DNA of 63,982 bases, the filler included. It is 6 parts of 6 records of this genome, joined end to end, with 100 filler letters (N's around TTAATTAATTAA, not from the genome) between each part and the next. Parts side by side here need not be neighbours in the genome. Positions count along the whole stretch, not along the records: positions 1 to 20,955 come from SRR20825019_2142; 5 more parts are not named here. One strand, written 5' to 3'. The stretch's first letter is position 1, and each line of letters starts with the position of its first letter. The position numbers and the translations under genes were made by a program. Positions 1 to 12,590 of the stretch are shown here, piece by piece. Under the pieces are notes generated by a model that worked only from the letters and a program-made list of their open reading frames with translations, made no database searches and was not told where the DNA came from.

Positions 1-127
1 CGTAGTTTTATAATACGAAAGTGTTGATAAGTGATGATCTGTGGTGACGGCGTGGGCACGATTTTCCGGGCAACAGAGCGGAAACGGAGTTCAGGAAAAC
101 AAGCCTCACGTTTATTAGCTAGTTATG

Positions 128-2702
128 TCAACAAGTAGTCTGACAAGACTCAGATTGAAACGACGTAGGCCGTTCCCTGTCCTTTTCTGTAAACATGGGC
201 CGATGGCCCACAGCTGGTGCGTCGTAAAGGTACTCTGAGCAGTTTCGATATATCATGGGAATCGGAACATGTCTTCTTGAATCCCTTGTATCATGTTCTG
301 TTCGTTTTAGGAGGATTCAGGTCCCATGTAGTGCCAGGAAACATTGCTTGATTCCTCGTTTGAACAATACTGTGACGATGCTGTGCTGAACTACAGCAAG
401 ACCCCGAGCAAGGCTCCTCTCAAGATGTTGATTTGTTCGCCTTTTGTACGGATTTCGAAATGACATCCATAGATTGTGCAATAGACTTGAGCGAGAATTC
501 CATCCTATCTATTCTTTGATGCATTAACTCCCGTTGCCTGGAAATATAGAATCAGTTCTCAGAGTGACTACTCTACGAATTCACGTACACCGATGCTTCG
601 CGCAACTGCTTTTCGAGTCGACGGACAGACCAGAGAGTTTCACACACCATATAGCCACTATCAAATTCTCGCCTTGCCGATCTGCACGCCGAGTTAAGCC
701 ACGAAATATCCTGTATAATCACAACCTAGCTTATCTGCTGAGTCTTACATTTTGCGTAAATTCGCTGCCTCCTTAGCTAGCTTCCACAGTTTTCGGCGAT
801 AGAGGAACACAGTGATCCGATTTCGCTTAGACTGAAATGACATGTGGGCAATGAGTTAGACTTCCTTCAAAGACATAAGGGGAGCCATACCCTGATGGCA
901 GCGGCCAATCTGACAGCTTGGCAAACGGTCCTTGCAGACATGTTCACATGATCATGTTTCTTTTTCATGAACAGTACAGTTGTAGCAAGCTTGCCAAGAA
1001 AGTTTAGAAACGGGCTACAAGTGACGACATGGTGGTTTGATTACTTACCCTTGTTTCATTTGAAGTCATCATGAACTTCTCTTGAAGAGCAACCACAAGC
1101 AAAGCACCCTAAGATCACCACCAATTAATTCGAGATAGTGTGCGTAGACTGGAGACTCACAAATATCATCGCTGTCAAACAACTCAGCATACACACAAAC
1201 CTTCCCATCGTAGTGATCGGGTAGATGTCACCATATCCAACTGATACAGAGTGAGACGACTTTCTACTTTCACACTAAGATCACTTACCAGTCGTCATAG
1301 TAACTAAAGTTAGCCAAACAGAATTTAGGAGGAATTCATGCCGTGAATCTGTTGCCCTGCAAAACCTTGTTGGAAATCTCGGCAACCGTAGAAGCGCTGT
1401 GCATACCTCTCAAATACATGGAGAGAATACGAGAACATCAGGGTCGATGACGTCATGAAAATGAACATGAACCGAAGAGGATGCATCTTCATCAGAAGTC
1501 GAACTGTGAACATGTGTGTATTGAGGTTGACTTCATTTGTCAACTTGCTGTTCCAAGATTCAGATGTCATACAAACAGTCAGGAGGAGTTCTCAGGACAA
1601 CTCACGTCAAGATTTTCGACTGTGTCGACCTGAAGCGAAGACCGTCCTTGACGACTCTAAAAATAGATTGATTTATACACAACAGAACTCTTACATATAC
1701 CAAGATCCTACCTGGTTATCAAGTAAATTCTCATAAGCATGAAAACAGATATGACCGAGTCAACGTTGTAGTCAACTGTTACATGTAGTCAGTTAGATAG
1801 AATTAGTTACAAGAACCTTATCGAAGCTCGTACCTCCAAAGAGATCAATGTTTGAGTTGATGTAAGGAAGCGGGCAGATTGAGCACACAATGATCTCAAT
1901 AGTTAGACCGACAAGTGTTTTGAAGTGCGAAATTACGCTATCTATCGCTCTCTTTAGCTGACGGGACGAAGCAAAAGCAGGGATGGACATACCTTGGAAG
2001 AAAACTTTACGTCGGTGCTTTGAAAGTTCAAGGCGTAGTAGTGTCCTAACAAAAATGCAAATAACTAGAACCCGTTAGCTCAGATGCATTAACCTCAAAA
2101 TACTGTTGTCAGGTAACATACGCAGGCCAACTGTTGTTGCTAAGCAAACAGATTTCAAAATAATTTGGGGTTCTGTAGGTATAGGGTCAACCAAATGCCC
2201 TTGTGTGTAGTTTCATCACAATAGCCTACTTGTTGCCATTCTCTTCGTTTGGAAGTGATATTCAGAAATTACTAGTGTTATGATATATCCTATTCCTGCA
2301 AGAATCACCGCGCCCCAATCAGCTCTTCCAATACTCTTTCTGACTACAACAAACAGACAAAAGGTCAGCACGTAACCCTGCAAACCACTCTCTCCACCTT
2401 ACGTTCTGTTTCAATGGAGCTTCTCACAGCCAACTCGGCAAGAATTCCTCTTGTCTCTGTGGGACAAGAACTTTCAAACTGACTCATGAGGGTTTTGAAT
2501 GAAAGGGTCCGAACCACGTCAGTGTACAACCGGGTTGACATGGGGCGTGAACTACGGGATTTCTGGAGAGTTCATAAGGTTCAGGAGTGCATCTAAACGA
2601 TCACCTCGTCACACGTACAACTTCGTCAGCGTTGCTATCCTCCAGACCAGGAGGCATCAAGAGTTCATATCCCGAGTTCTCTGCATCTCCACCCTTCTCC
2701 AT
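128..2702 (-). CDS. Small-conductance Ca2+-activated K+ channel-like protein (SK/KCNN family), multi-exon; ends approximate
   Basis: Spliced pore NSVWLTLVTMTT|VGYGDIYPITTMGRFVC, with an ~48-nt GT-AG intron at ~1241-1289 splitting the filter. SK-like segments IEIIVCSICPLP and NLNTHMFTVRLLMKMHPLRFMFIF...HVFER. Post-S6 segment ALLVVALQEKFMMTSNE. Confidence 0.85.
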
Positions 2703-2869
2703 CTTAAGGGACAAACGTTCTCTTGTGGCGCCGACATTTCTTAAAAACAAGTGTGAACTATATTGTGATATTGCAACTATAGAAGCTTTCGTGCTTAACG
2801 GGGTTAGGGGGACGGGCATGAATTCATGCGAGTTCAGCATCGCGTCACAGGTCAGTGATGAGTTCCCCC

Positions 2870-3295
2870 TGGCTCGACTACGCCACCGGGCGCCGCCCCC
2901 CGCCCGGCGCCGCCCGCGGCGGCCCGGACATGCCTGCATGGCCGCGCCCCGGGCCCGGGGCGCCCGCCGGGCCGGCTTGCCCGCTGCCGTGCGCCCGGGC
3001 CGGGCCCGCCGGGCCGGCATGGCCAGTGAGAGTCGGAGCGATCATGGCGGCGGGCCGGGCCGGGGGCCGGCCCGCCCTGACCGGAACCGCGCTCCGGGCG
3101 CGGTCAGTGCAGGGCCCGGGCCGGGTTCGAGTCTCCGACGTCTCTCCTGCCAGTGGCGCCGCGGCGCGGGCCCGGCGGAGGGCCGGCCACGGCGACCGTC
3201 AGTCACCGGCACCCGCGGCGTCCCGCGCCGGTCGCGCCGCGCCGCGGCCGCGACGTAATGACGGCGTGCTGGTCGTGGCTCCGCGGTGCGAGCTC
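2870..3295. promoter_or_regulatory. GC-rich island, putative bidirectional promoter (K+ channel / CGI121)
   Basis: Very high GC, CpG-dense stretch between two divergent start codons; the same pattern recurs at other gene 5' ends. Confidence 0.55.
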
Positions 3296-3377
3296 GTTTC
3301 GAGTTCTCTTGGTGGCGCAGCAAGACAATATGTAGAACCGTTTAACTCAAGATGTAGACCATTATTATAGATAGAGT

Positions 3378-4012
3378 ATGAGCGTTCACGAGCAAGCTTT
3401 GGACTTATACCCAGAAAGAAGGGTCTCTGTGGCTTTCTATGACAACGTAAAGAATGCAGGCGAGCTCAATGAGTCTCAAGTCAAAGGAGGTCTAGGGTTT
3501 GTTTTGCTGGATCCGGCCATGGTCGTAGATATGTTCGCTATTCTTGTAGCCGCTAGTTGTGCCGTCCACAACCACGAAACAAACACAATGACAACAAAAA
3601 CCCTAAACAACGAGTTCGTGTACTGCTTGTCCTCGAAAAAGGGTGTATGTGTCTTGCTCTTGTAAATTGATGGTGGATTGATAGTTGTGCTCTTATATTA
3701 GATCCAGGAAGCTTTGAAGAAGTTTACCATCACAGAGAGTAGCACGGCAATGTATGCGGTTGGGTTTGACGACGCGAGGGAAGGTTTCAACAAGATTGAG
3801 GGAGAACTGCACTCTGTTGCGAAGGCAGAAAATCATCGCAATGACTCGATGATCAAAAAGGTGCGACTGCTAGAGAATTCCAATGGGTTTCGTTGCTGAT
3901 ATTTGAGAAGCATTATCAAGTCAGTGAGGCTGAAACGGAGACGTCTGACTTGACCAGCTCGGTTGCCAGTCGAATTGCCAGTCGAGACGTTTTCCTGAAT
4001 ACCAAGAAATAG
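3378..4012 (+). CDS. TPRKB: EKC/KEOPS complex subunit CGI121/TPRKB
   Basis: Exons 3378-3644, 3702-3860, 3911-4012. Spliced protein LDLYPERRVSVAFYDNVKNAGEL...ILVAASCAVH...MTTKTLNNEFVYCLS..IQEALKKF...RIASRDVF matches the Cgi121 family along its length. Confidence 0.9.
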
Positions 4013-4098
4013 GCAGTGGTGTTGTGCGAAAAGGCAAGTCATACCCGGCAAAGAAAACCAACCAGAAATCGCAACTGTTCTGTGTTGAACTAAAGGTT

Positions 4099-6635
4099 TC
4101 ACTGTCGTTTCTCAACGGCCGAGTACTCTATCATGGCTATTGGAAGGGCTTGTGCCCCAGTGAAGATCACATATTCTTCGCTGGCGGCTGTTCGTGCCGT
4201 ATCCATGTCTTCGTTGCTACCAGGGGTTCGTCTTCCTGGAATGATAATCGAGTCATTCCCATCACTGGGAGCGGACCTGTCCTTGTCTTCAACGACAACT
4301 GTTTCGGTATTTCCCAGCGCCACCATGCAGAGAAGAGCCTTTCCAGAATTTCCGTTGAAATAGTGCGCCCGGCTCGCATACCGTGAGAAATATAAGCCTG
4401 TACAAGGCGTCAGACCACAATATGAGAGCGGTAGAGAGAGCTACCTTGGCCATACGGCTTAATTGGCGAGGCAGTCTTATTGAAGATGCTGTAGTCATGG
4501 AATCCATTTTCGAAGAAATCGAGCATCTCTGCGTACGGCTGTACGGTGCACATGTTAGCGTGATACATATTTGGAAAGACGGCTACTCACTCCACAATAG
4601 AATAATCTCATGATGTTGTAGGATGGTCTGTCTCGCAGTGTCTTCAGTTTCTCACTAAACTCATGCCTATGCCGGAAGCGCTCCTGCGATACCCGAAGAA
4701 CTGACTTAACCTTAAAGTCAGTCAGTCCATGTGCGTCACGCACAGACTGCTGGAGCTCATTCTCTATATGCGCCCACTCGGGAGATGACTTGTCTAGATA
4801 CGTAGTTTCCTCCTCTGAAGCAACAGCAGGCTCTCTTGGGATATTACCGCTGTCATTTTCATCATCCCCGCCAACTAAAAATACAAACATAGACTTCAGC
4901 TCTGGTGGCCATCAACCATTTCCATACATACCATCCAAGAGGCTTATGTCTGAAATGGACATCTGTCGGCCATTAGAGCTCGGGCCATCTTCATCGTCAC
5001 GGTTGTTCCCATCCAACTCTGCTAATTTGTCCCTAGCTTGTTTTGTCACAATATCCACCATCCTTTTGTTAATCTGCTTCCGATACTCCGCAAACTCACG
5101 ATCTGCAGAAACACTCAGCAACACCACTTGCATAAGAAAATGAAGCAAATATCTACCTTTAGATTCGTTATCAGACTTGAGACGCAAACATTCCCCTTGC
5201 AGATGTTCAATCAATACATCCTGACGCACCACTTTGTCCCGCAACCTTGTCAATTCATTCTTCATTTTTTCGAATAATATCAACTCATTACTGTATTCAA
5301 CCACCCGAGCTTTCCTCCAATCGTTCAAGTCTTTTTCTATGTCAACCATGGAAACGTACTCGTTTCTTTCCAGAGGAGTGGGCTTTGATGTAAGCTCAAC
5401 TCTACCACCAACATAGCTCATAAATATGGATTGATCCCACTAATATAAACGTCGGCGCAAGAAAACGATTCACAAGAAATCTCTTACGTTCTCAGTCAGA
5501 ATACTATAGTTGCTATTCAAGATTGGGTCATCGCTAAATTGATGCTTCTTAAAGAAGTCGACAGCGGAAGAGTCTGCATGGGTGATGAGAGAATCGTACT
5601 TCAATGACGAGGTACGCTGCTTGACCAACTGAAAAGATGTTAGGCCCGTTAGAGTTATTGGTAAAAACACCGCCATTACATTTAAGAGACGAGATCCTAG
5701 CCCCAAATGTTGATACTTCAAGCGAACACCAATAAGAGTTACTTGCAAAAGAGTTGCTCCAAGTTGGTTGGGGACGTACTCATAGCTAATTGCTCCCACC
5801 ATGCGCTCCTTCGGCTTGATAGGAGCATCAGGGTCTGTGCAGGTTGCTTCTTCGCGGAGATCTTTTGCATCCTCCTCCCAAGCATCCTTCAGATCCTTCA
5901 ACTCATCCTCGTCCTCATCCTGACGGAAACATATCAATAACACGAAATAGACAGATGAGGCTACGACGTACATCTGATGCAGCTGAATAGCTGTACGATG
6001 ATGAGTCATCATTAAGGTCCTTACTGGCAGCGCGGCGGGTTACTTTCTTCTCGACAAATTCCTTATCTTTGGTCAGTAGTTCTGGATCCTCCTTCTTACG
6101 CCTGCGCTCAGCCCTGATATCTTCATCACAAGTCAAAAAACTATTCCGCACGCTGAATGCGACAATGACAAATTTACATACCCTCTTCAGACCGGAGGAG
6201 TGCAACAGTTACGGACTGGGGCTTGCTGAGGAGATCCCGCAGGAAGTACTTTGCAACCCCAGGAAGGACATGATGATACAAACTCACTGTAGCGTTCAGC
6301 CATTCGTTTGATGTATGTTCATATACGTTGCAAGCATCCTTTTCTTCTTTTTCTTCCTCGTCCTCCTCGGATTCTCTGTCACTACCATCCACTTCCATGC
6401 CGTCATTCCCGTCGGCATCCTCGTCTTTTTCTTCGTCATCCTCGTCTTCGAGAGAAAGATCCAGAGCAGTTGCACAAAGCTCAAGCTTAAGGTGGTCCCG
6501 GCCCACTGTAAAGGGCTGCCCAACAGGACAGAGGAAGTCTCCGTCAGAAAATAGGCCTTCATTCGACCCTGGAACAGCCCTCGTCGAAGGAGAGTCCTCA
6601 AATCCTTTAGGGACTGCTATTACTCTAGTTGACAT
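4099..6635 (-). CDS. Multi-exon fusion: Gcn5/PCAF-like GNAT domain + coiled coil + PARP-like ADP-ribosyltransferase domain
   Basis: GNAT: YHHVLPGVAKYFLRDLL, MVGAISYE, GVRLKYQHLGLGSRLL, LITHADSSAVDFFKKHQFS, EN|WDQSIFMSY. PARP-like: RLFYCG|PYAEMLDFFENGF, YGQ|GLYFSRYASRAHYF, LLCMVALG, EEYVIFTGAQALPIAMIEY. The inter-domain junctions splice in frame through short GT-AG introns. Confidence 0.8.
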
Positions 6636-6839
6636 CACAGCGACACAAAGCAACCATTTCAAGTGTGTATTAGCTTGCGAGTATACTTATGCAATCCTCA
6701 AAGCGTAGCTGTCTTGATTAACGGCCTCATAACCCTCGTGTGGGGTGCACTCGAGAAAGGCGCACTGCCCAAAGCTGACCACACCAACTGGCGTATTAGT
6801 GGAATGAGTTGGTGAGGAGAACACACAATACTGGTGAGA

Positions 6840-7100
6840 GTCTTGCCGCGGCGAACCGCGGGCCGCATCACAGTGACTGAGTGATGACTCAGCGGGCCGG
6901 AGCGCCTGCCGGCCACGGCTCAGGCACGCTGCCGGGGACGGGGGCGACCGTCGGACGGCCTCGGACCGGATACGGGGTGGCGGGGTAGGGTACACGGTAC
7001 GCCCCGGCCCCGTACCACTGCCGGCGGCGCCGCCCCGGCCGGCCGGGCCGCCATGGACCACCTAAGCAACCTCACTCTCCGCCCGGCCAGGGCACTTTTT
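6840..7100. promoter_or_regulatory. GC-rich island upstream of the GNAT-PARP gene
   Basis: CpG-dense block containing CAGTGACTGAGTGATGACTCAGC. Confidence 0.5.
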
Positions 7101-7206
7101 CAAAAAGTATCAGTCGATTCCACTTCTGAAACATCATTTGGTACGTGTCAACAACAAACCGAAGGGTTCCAAAATTGGGAATGATTGACATTCTTTATCT
7201 CAATTA

Positions 7207-9524
7207 TTAGGCTTTGGAGGTAGAGGCCTCCTTGGCCATCTTCTCCTGATACCATTTGTGGAGCTTGACCTGCTCATTATAAGTTTTCTCTAGACCCTTA
7301 CGCTTGTTCTTTGCCAAAGGCTCCTGTCAAAATGTCAATAACTACGTTGAATCATTCAAACACCGACATACCCCGCTTTTGTCGTGGGTGGGGATTCCCT
7401 TATCATCGAATGCGCTGTATTCCTCCTTGATATCGTTGAACACATCTTCAGGAAGACGCTTGGCCTTTTCTAACTTCTCCAATTCCTTCTTCAGTTTAGC
7501 TTCCCGCTCAGCCTTCTTACGAGCTATTTCGGCCTCTTTCTGCTGGGCCTCCTTGATCTGAGTTTCCTATCAATCAATGCAATCTACACTGCAGAGAATA
7601 CCACGTACCAACACCTCCTTGTCCTCTAGTTTCCATACTGAGGGCGCATTATTCTTATCCTCAAGCCTTACTCCCAAATACGGCAAAACTTGATCGCGAA
7701 TTTCATCGCAAACCTCCAGAACCTTCTTAAGGTCCTTCTCTCTATAATAGTATTGTTAGTCAATAAACACAACTACATGGGATACTTACTTAGATGCAGC
7801 ACGGATCTTCTCACGGAAGTTCGTAAGGGCATCAAGATAGGGTGCTGTTGAAAGTTAGATATGGCAGCGCAATGGCATCTCTTCATGTCATACCCAGTAT
7901 ATCTTCAGCGTTGGCACTGTCGCCCTGAACAGCAGCTGGAAAGCCAATTTCGCCATCGGGAATGACACCCATGACACGTAGAATCTCCGTGATGTACTCG
8001 CCTACCGCCCGCACAAGCAAAACGCGGAAATCGGTCTCGTGCTTCGACATATAAATATTGGTGTTCTTCATCAGCTTCTGAAGGATGTCCATAACCCTTG
8101 GGGTGTTGATGTTATCACACAGAGCTGCGTGGACACCTTGCCTGGCCTCCTGAAGCTGCTTATACAAATCCTTTTCGTCCCCAGACCAACTCTGGCTGGC
8201 ATCCAAGAATTTGTACCGATCATCTGAAACACTCCGTGAGAAATCATCCTGTATTCTTTAAGGTCCGGAAATCCTACCATCCGTAAGCTTGTACACCGAA
8301 CGAGTAGCCGACTTGATATTCTGGAAGAATTGGCGGAAGTCGTTGTCGACGCGGACGGCATTGTCCATCGTATCGTCGCTATACTCCATCACAACATCGT
8401 ACTTGTGCAGCAGGAACAAGAGACGCAACTGGCGGGGAGAATGTCTCTTCAGGCACTCCTTAATGGAAGTGAAATTCTTCAGGGACTTTGACATCTTCAG
8501 GCCCATAATATTAAGATGGCCAGCATGGATGAAGTAGTTCACCCACTGGTCACTCTTATAGTAGGCCTCAGACTGCGCCAACTCGTTGTCGTGATGAGGA
8601 AATTTGAGGTCCTCTCCACCAGCATGAATATCCAGCTTTTGACCAAGAATATCACTGCGAACTAGTCAGTTTGGCTTAAGCTGTATCCTAGAACATACCT
8701 TGCCATAGCAGAGCACTCGATGTGCCAGCCAGGGCGACCTTCCCCCCAAGGGCTGCTCCATGTTGGTTCCCCCTCCTTAGATTTCTTCCACAAAGCAAAG
8801 TCACTACCACTACGCTTGTCTTGTTGACCAACGCTCGATCCCAGCTTCCCTTCTCCCTCAGCAAGCAGAGCTTCGTCACCAATTTGACCAGGAGCCAATT
8901 TGCCATAGCGACGCTCCTTCTTGAACGCTTCAGTGTCAAAGTACACGCTTCCATTAGATTCATAGGCAAAGCCATTGTCCACGATCTTTTTGATGTAGTC
9001 CACAATCTGTGGCATATACTCCGTAACACGAGTGCACACGTGTGGCATACGAACACCAAGAGCAGTCATATCCTCCCAGAACTCCTTCTCATACTTCCTA
9101 GCAAGGTCGTTGAAGTTCATGCCGCGCTCACGCGAGCGAATAATGATCTAGACGATGGTTAGAGAGTGCCTTTCACAATAAGGTAAATACACACCTTATC
9201 ATCGACATCAGTAATGTTCATTACCATCTTGATGTTATAGTTGAAGTAGTCAGTCATGATGCGACGGACGATATCAAATGTAAGGAAAGTGCGAGCGTGA
9301 CCAAGATGTGACACGTCGTAAACAGTCGGACCGCAGATGTACCACCCAACACTGTCGGGATTCTCAGGGATGAACTCGACCTTGGAGTGCGAGATCGAGT
9401 TGTTCAAGCACAGCTTAGGGGCGTCCGCGCTGTTCGGGCGAATCCACCAATCACCAACCTTATCCTTGCCCGCATCACCTTTCAGTGCCATACTCTCCAG
9501 TTTCTTGATGTTTTCCGAGTCCAT
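7207..9524 (-). CDS. CARS1: Cysteinyl-tRNA synthetase (eukaryotic cytosolic type), multi-exon
   Basis: WYICGPTVYDVSHLGHAR (HIGH-like), MNITDVDDK, DFALWK, GRPGWHIECSAM, KMSKS, eukaryotic C-terminal extension, short GT-AG introns. Confidence 0.96.
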
Positions 9525-10529
9525 TATTGACGCTCTTCCGGTCTTCCACGATGTGAAGTAGCTGATAATTAAAATGTTGTGGTGGCAAACCGTTTAAAGA
9601 ACGAAAACTCAAAGGACGAAAACCCAAAACCAGGTGCCAGAGCCAGCTTCATGAATGTGCGGCCAGCTGGGGCGGCTGGCTGTCCGGTCCGACGCCGCGG
9701 GAAGGGCGCATTATGATTTTTCCCTAGGGCCAGATACTCTAGCTAGAGGCCATCATGACGACAACAAAGAAACAAGGCAATGCCCTCCATGGCTGCCAAG
9801 CGGCGGCGGCGCCGGGCCGCAAGGACGATGACTTCCGCGATCGTGATATAGTGAACAATCGCGATTGTCCGGAAAGAGACGTCTCCGCGGAGATACCCAG
9901 GAAAAACGTTGGTGCGCCCCTCAGTCCAGTCGAGGACCGCGGCGCGGCACAATCGGAGGTATCCCGCACCCGTTGCAGACAATTCTGCAAGCGAATGCCT
10001 CGAGTCGACCTCCAGCAAACTGAGAAAGTCGTCCCCCGGCCCGGCCGGGCCCCGCCACGGTGCCGAGGCCTCATCAGCGTCCGCGTTGACCACATCCTCT
10101 CCACCGGCTTTGTTCTTGCCCACGACGGCTTCCTTCCGAATCATACAGCGCCGCCAAGCATTGGGGGGTGCTGCGCTAGGCTGGTCTTGGTGCGCCGCCA
10201 GCCCGACCCCCAGGCTGACCGGACAGGCCGGGCGCCTAAGCGTCTGAAGAGTGCGCCGTGGTGGCCAAGGAAGTGGCGCGGGCGGTTCCGGCGCTGGCCC
10301 GGCCGCCAGTCGCACAAGGAGAGCTGGCCGCACAGTTGGCCCAGCAGCGAATGGCCGCGCAAAGCCTTTAGCCGGTGCATAAGCTAGAACGAAATGCTGT
10401 ACGCCCGGCGCCAACAATCCCTATCAGACCGTGTTCCGAGTCTCGCATGGCCGTCTAACCTGCAAAATAGGCGGTGTAGTGGGTTCCAAGCCACGACTTC
10501 TTTTTATATACCTCTGTCTTGCTAGCAAA

Positions 10530-10992
10530 ATGGTTTATCTCTTCGAAGCAAAGATGTCCAACATTTGGTTGAAGCCCGCGGTATGTTTGGTGGAGGTAGT
10601 GTTTGGAGAAACTATTGTTGATTTAGACCCAGGTTTACCCCGTGATTGCTTGCATTGCTGGTGGCGGTGCCCTTGCTGGCTGGTTCATCGCTCGTGGCAT
10701 CACCACCAACCCTGATGCCATTGTGTCAAAGAGCGAGCGTGAGAAGTTCTCTCGTGGAGAGGTAATTGTTTACAGACCTTTTCATTCGCGAATAGCTAAA
10801 TATGTTGCTTCAGAGCGCCCGTCACTTGTCTTCAGACAAGGATAAGTTCAGGTGGAGGCTTGTAGAGAAGTTGGCAGATGGTATGTTCATTCTGCTTTTG
10901 GGAGTGACTTTAGGTGTTTATATAGATGTTGCTTTACAGCCCAGAGCGAAGAGCTCAAGAAGATCCCCACCGCTTTGGACAAGAAGGACTAA
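10530..10992 (+). CDS. B12D/NDUFA4-family small mitochondrial membrane protein (4 exons)
   Basis: Spliced MVYLFEAKMSNIWLKPA|VYPVIACIAGGGALAGWFIARGITTNPDAIVSKSER matches the B12D pattern WLxPxVYP...R.I..NPxVxVxKxxR. Confidence 0.8.
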
Positions 10993-11123
10993 AATCTTTT
11001 GGAGTAAATTCTGTACGGTGAACTGGTTGGTTTCCTTTACGGCAGAAGTGAAGTTAAGGTTGGCATAGTTGCGCTATGGCAGCGACATGCCGGTAAGGTT
11101 TGGCACAAGATTTCAATTCGCAA

Positions 11124-11905
11124 CTATTCAGACTTCAACTGCCTTGCTGCAATATAGCGAGACATAGGTCTGCACAAACCACGGGCGCAAATTAGACCTC
11201 GAACCAAACAGTCGCGGAAAAACGTACTTTTCGAAAAATAACCACGATATCAAATATGTCAATGCTGAAAGACCGGCCAGAACAAAACCAGCAAGCTTGG
11301 CTTCCCATAATGCTAACGAAAAATAAGCCTGTGCACGATGTGAGGAGTCAGCTCAGGTGGGAAGACTGTGGTGTTAATACCATTGTAGAGGCGAAGTATT
11401 GCACCTCAACAGCTGGAAAATGTGTCTGGATACAATGAGGTTAAGCGGTTATCGTGGTCTGGTAACTCATCAGTACCTTAACCTGAAGGCCAAAGTATTC
11501 TCCCATGAAGCAGCCAGCCACACCGCCGCCATTCCACAGTGCAGCCAGTTGCATCACCAGCGCAACTCCCGCCAGCAGGAATGAAAACCCCCTTATCATG
11601 TCGCTATCAAGCGCTGAAATGGTTGGCATGTTGTGGATTGCTTCATGAAACTCAAACACTTTGAACATAGAAAACAGCAAGACAATGGCCGCATAAGCAT
11701 AGCAAGCGGAAAGTCTATCACCGGCAAATAGTCCTTGGAGTATGCCACTGCTATACTCCATACGTGCAAGTACGTTCCATAAGACAGGGGACAACAAAAC
11801 CAAAGCCGATGCTTCGATTAAGTTTTCCTCACTGAGATTATGCATCAGTGTATCTATCGGGCGACTTAACATAGTGTGTACGTACGAAAAATCTAAGTCA
11901 GACAT
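11124..11905 (-). CDS. Phospholipid N-methyltransferase-like protein (PEMT/OPI3 family), multi-exon
   Basis: PVLWNVLARMEY, ACYAYAAIV, GCFMGEYFG, several TM helices, spliced C-terminus ...FFEKPMSRYI. Confidence 0.78.
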
Positions 11906-12169
11906 CCTGCTCTATTCATTTTATAGTACGACACGGTTGTAGTTATGACGCTACTTCCTCGATGCTTAAGCAAGCCTCATACACTGACGTGGTGCCTGCT
12001 GTCCCTTGTACGCTCGAGTCTTATCACCGCTGGTGCAACAACAAACGGCCCCTGCGTTACCACTCTAGTTCGCGTAGGCGTAAAAGGCGGGCAGACGGAC
12101 GCGATTTTGAGGTGAACTCATACTGGACCCACAAGCAGGTAAGTCGGCCCGGAAGCACTACCAGGTAAC

Positions 12170-12420
12170 GATGCCCTGACGGCCCGGGCTTTCGCGTGGC
12201 GGGCCGCGGCCGGGAGCTCGGAGCACGCCGCTGAGGACGGCCCGCGCGCCGGGGCCCGGTGCCGGCGGGGGTGCTGGCCGGCCGGCCTGACCCCGAGCCC
12301 CCGGCCGTCCGGGCCGCCCGGGCCCCCACTCGGCGCCCGGCAGCGGCCTTGGGCGGGGCGGCCGGTCCCGGGCCACGCCCCCGGCCCGGTCGGTACGGTA
12401 GGCAAGCGGCCAGCACTGAT
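12170..12420. promoter_or_regulatory. GC-rich island upstream of the PEMT-like gene
   Basis: CpG-dense block between the 3' end of the coiled-coil gene and the PEMT start. Confidence 0.5.
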
Positions 12421-12590
12421 GAACGACTGCTCACAGTCGACTGGCATGTGCAGGCTGTCAGGAGGAGCTAAGAATAGCAATGATCTATGATTGTTATGAA
12501 CATTTACATATGCTTGTCCAGTAGAGAAGGGATCTTAATCGGCGTGTGCACCGATGGGCGTAGACTGCTCACTCCCACAGTGCAGCCTAG

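Noticed and set aside
2587-3370. Multiple R/P/A/G-rich ORFs here and in the other GC islands
   Set aside because: Stop-codon scarcity in extreme-GC DNA; open in several frames with no motifs.
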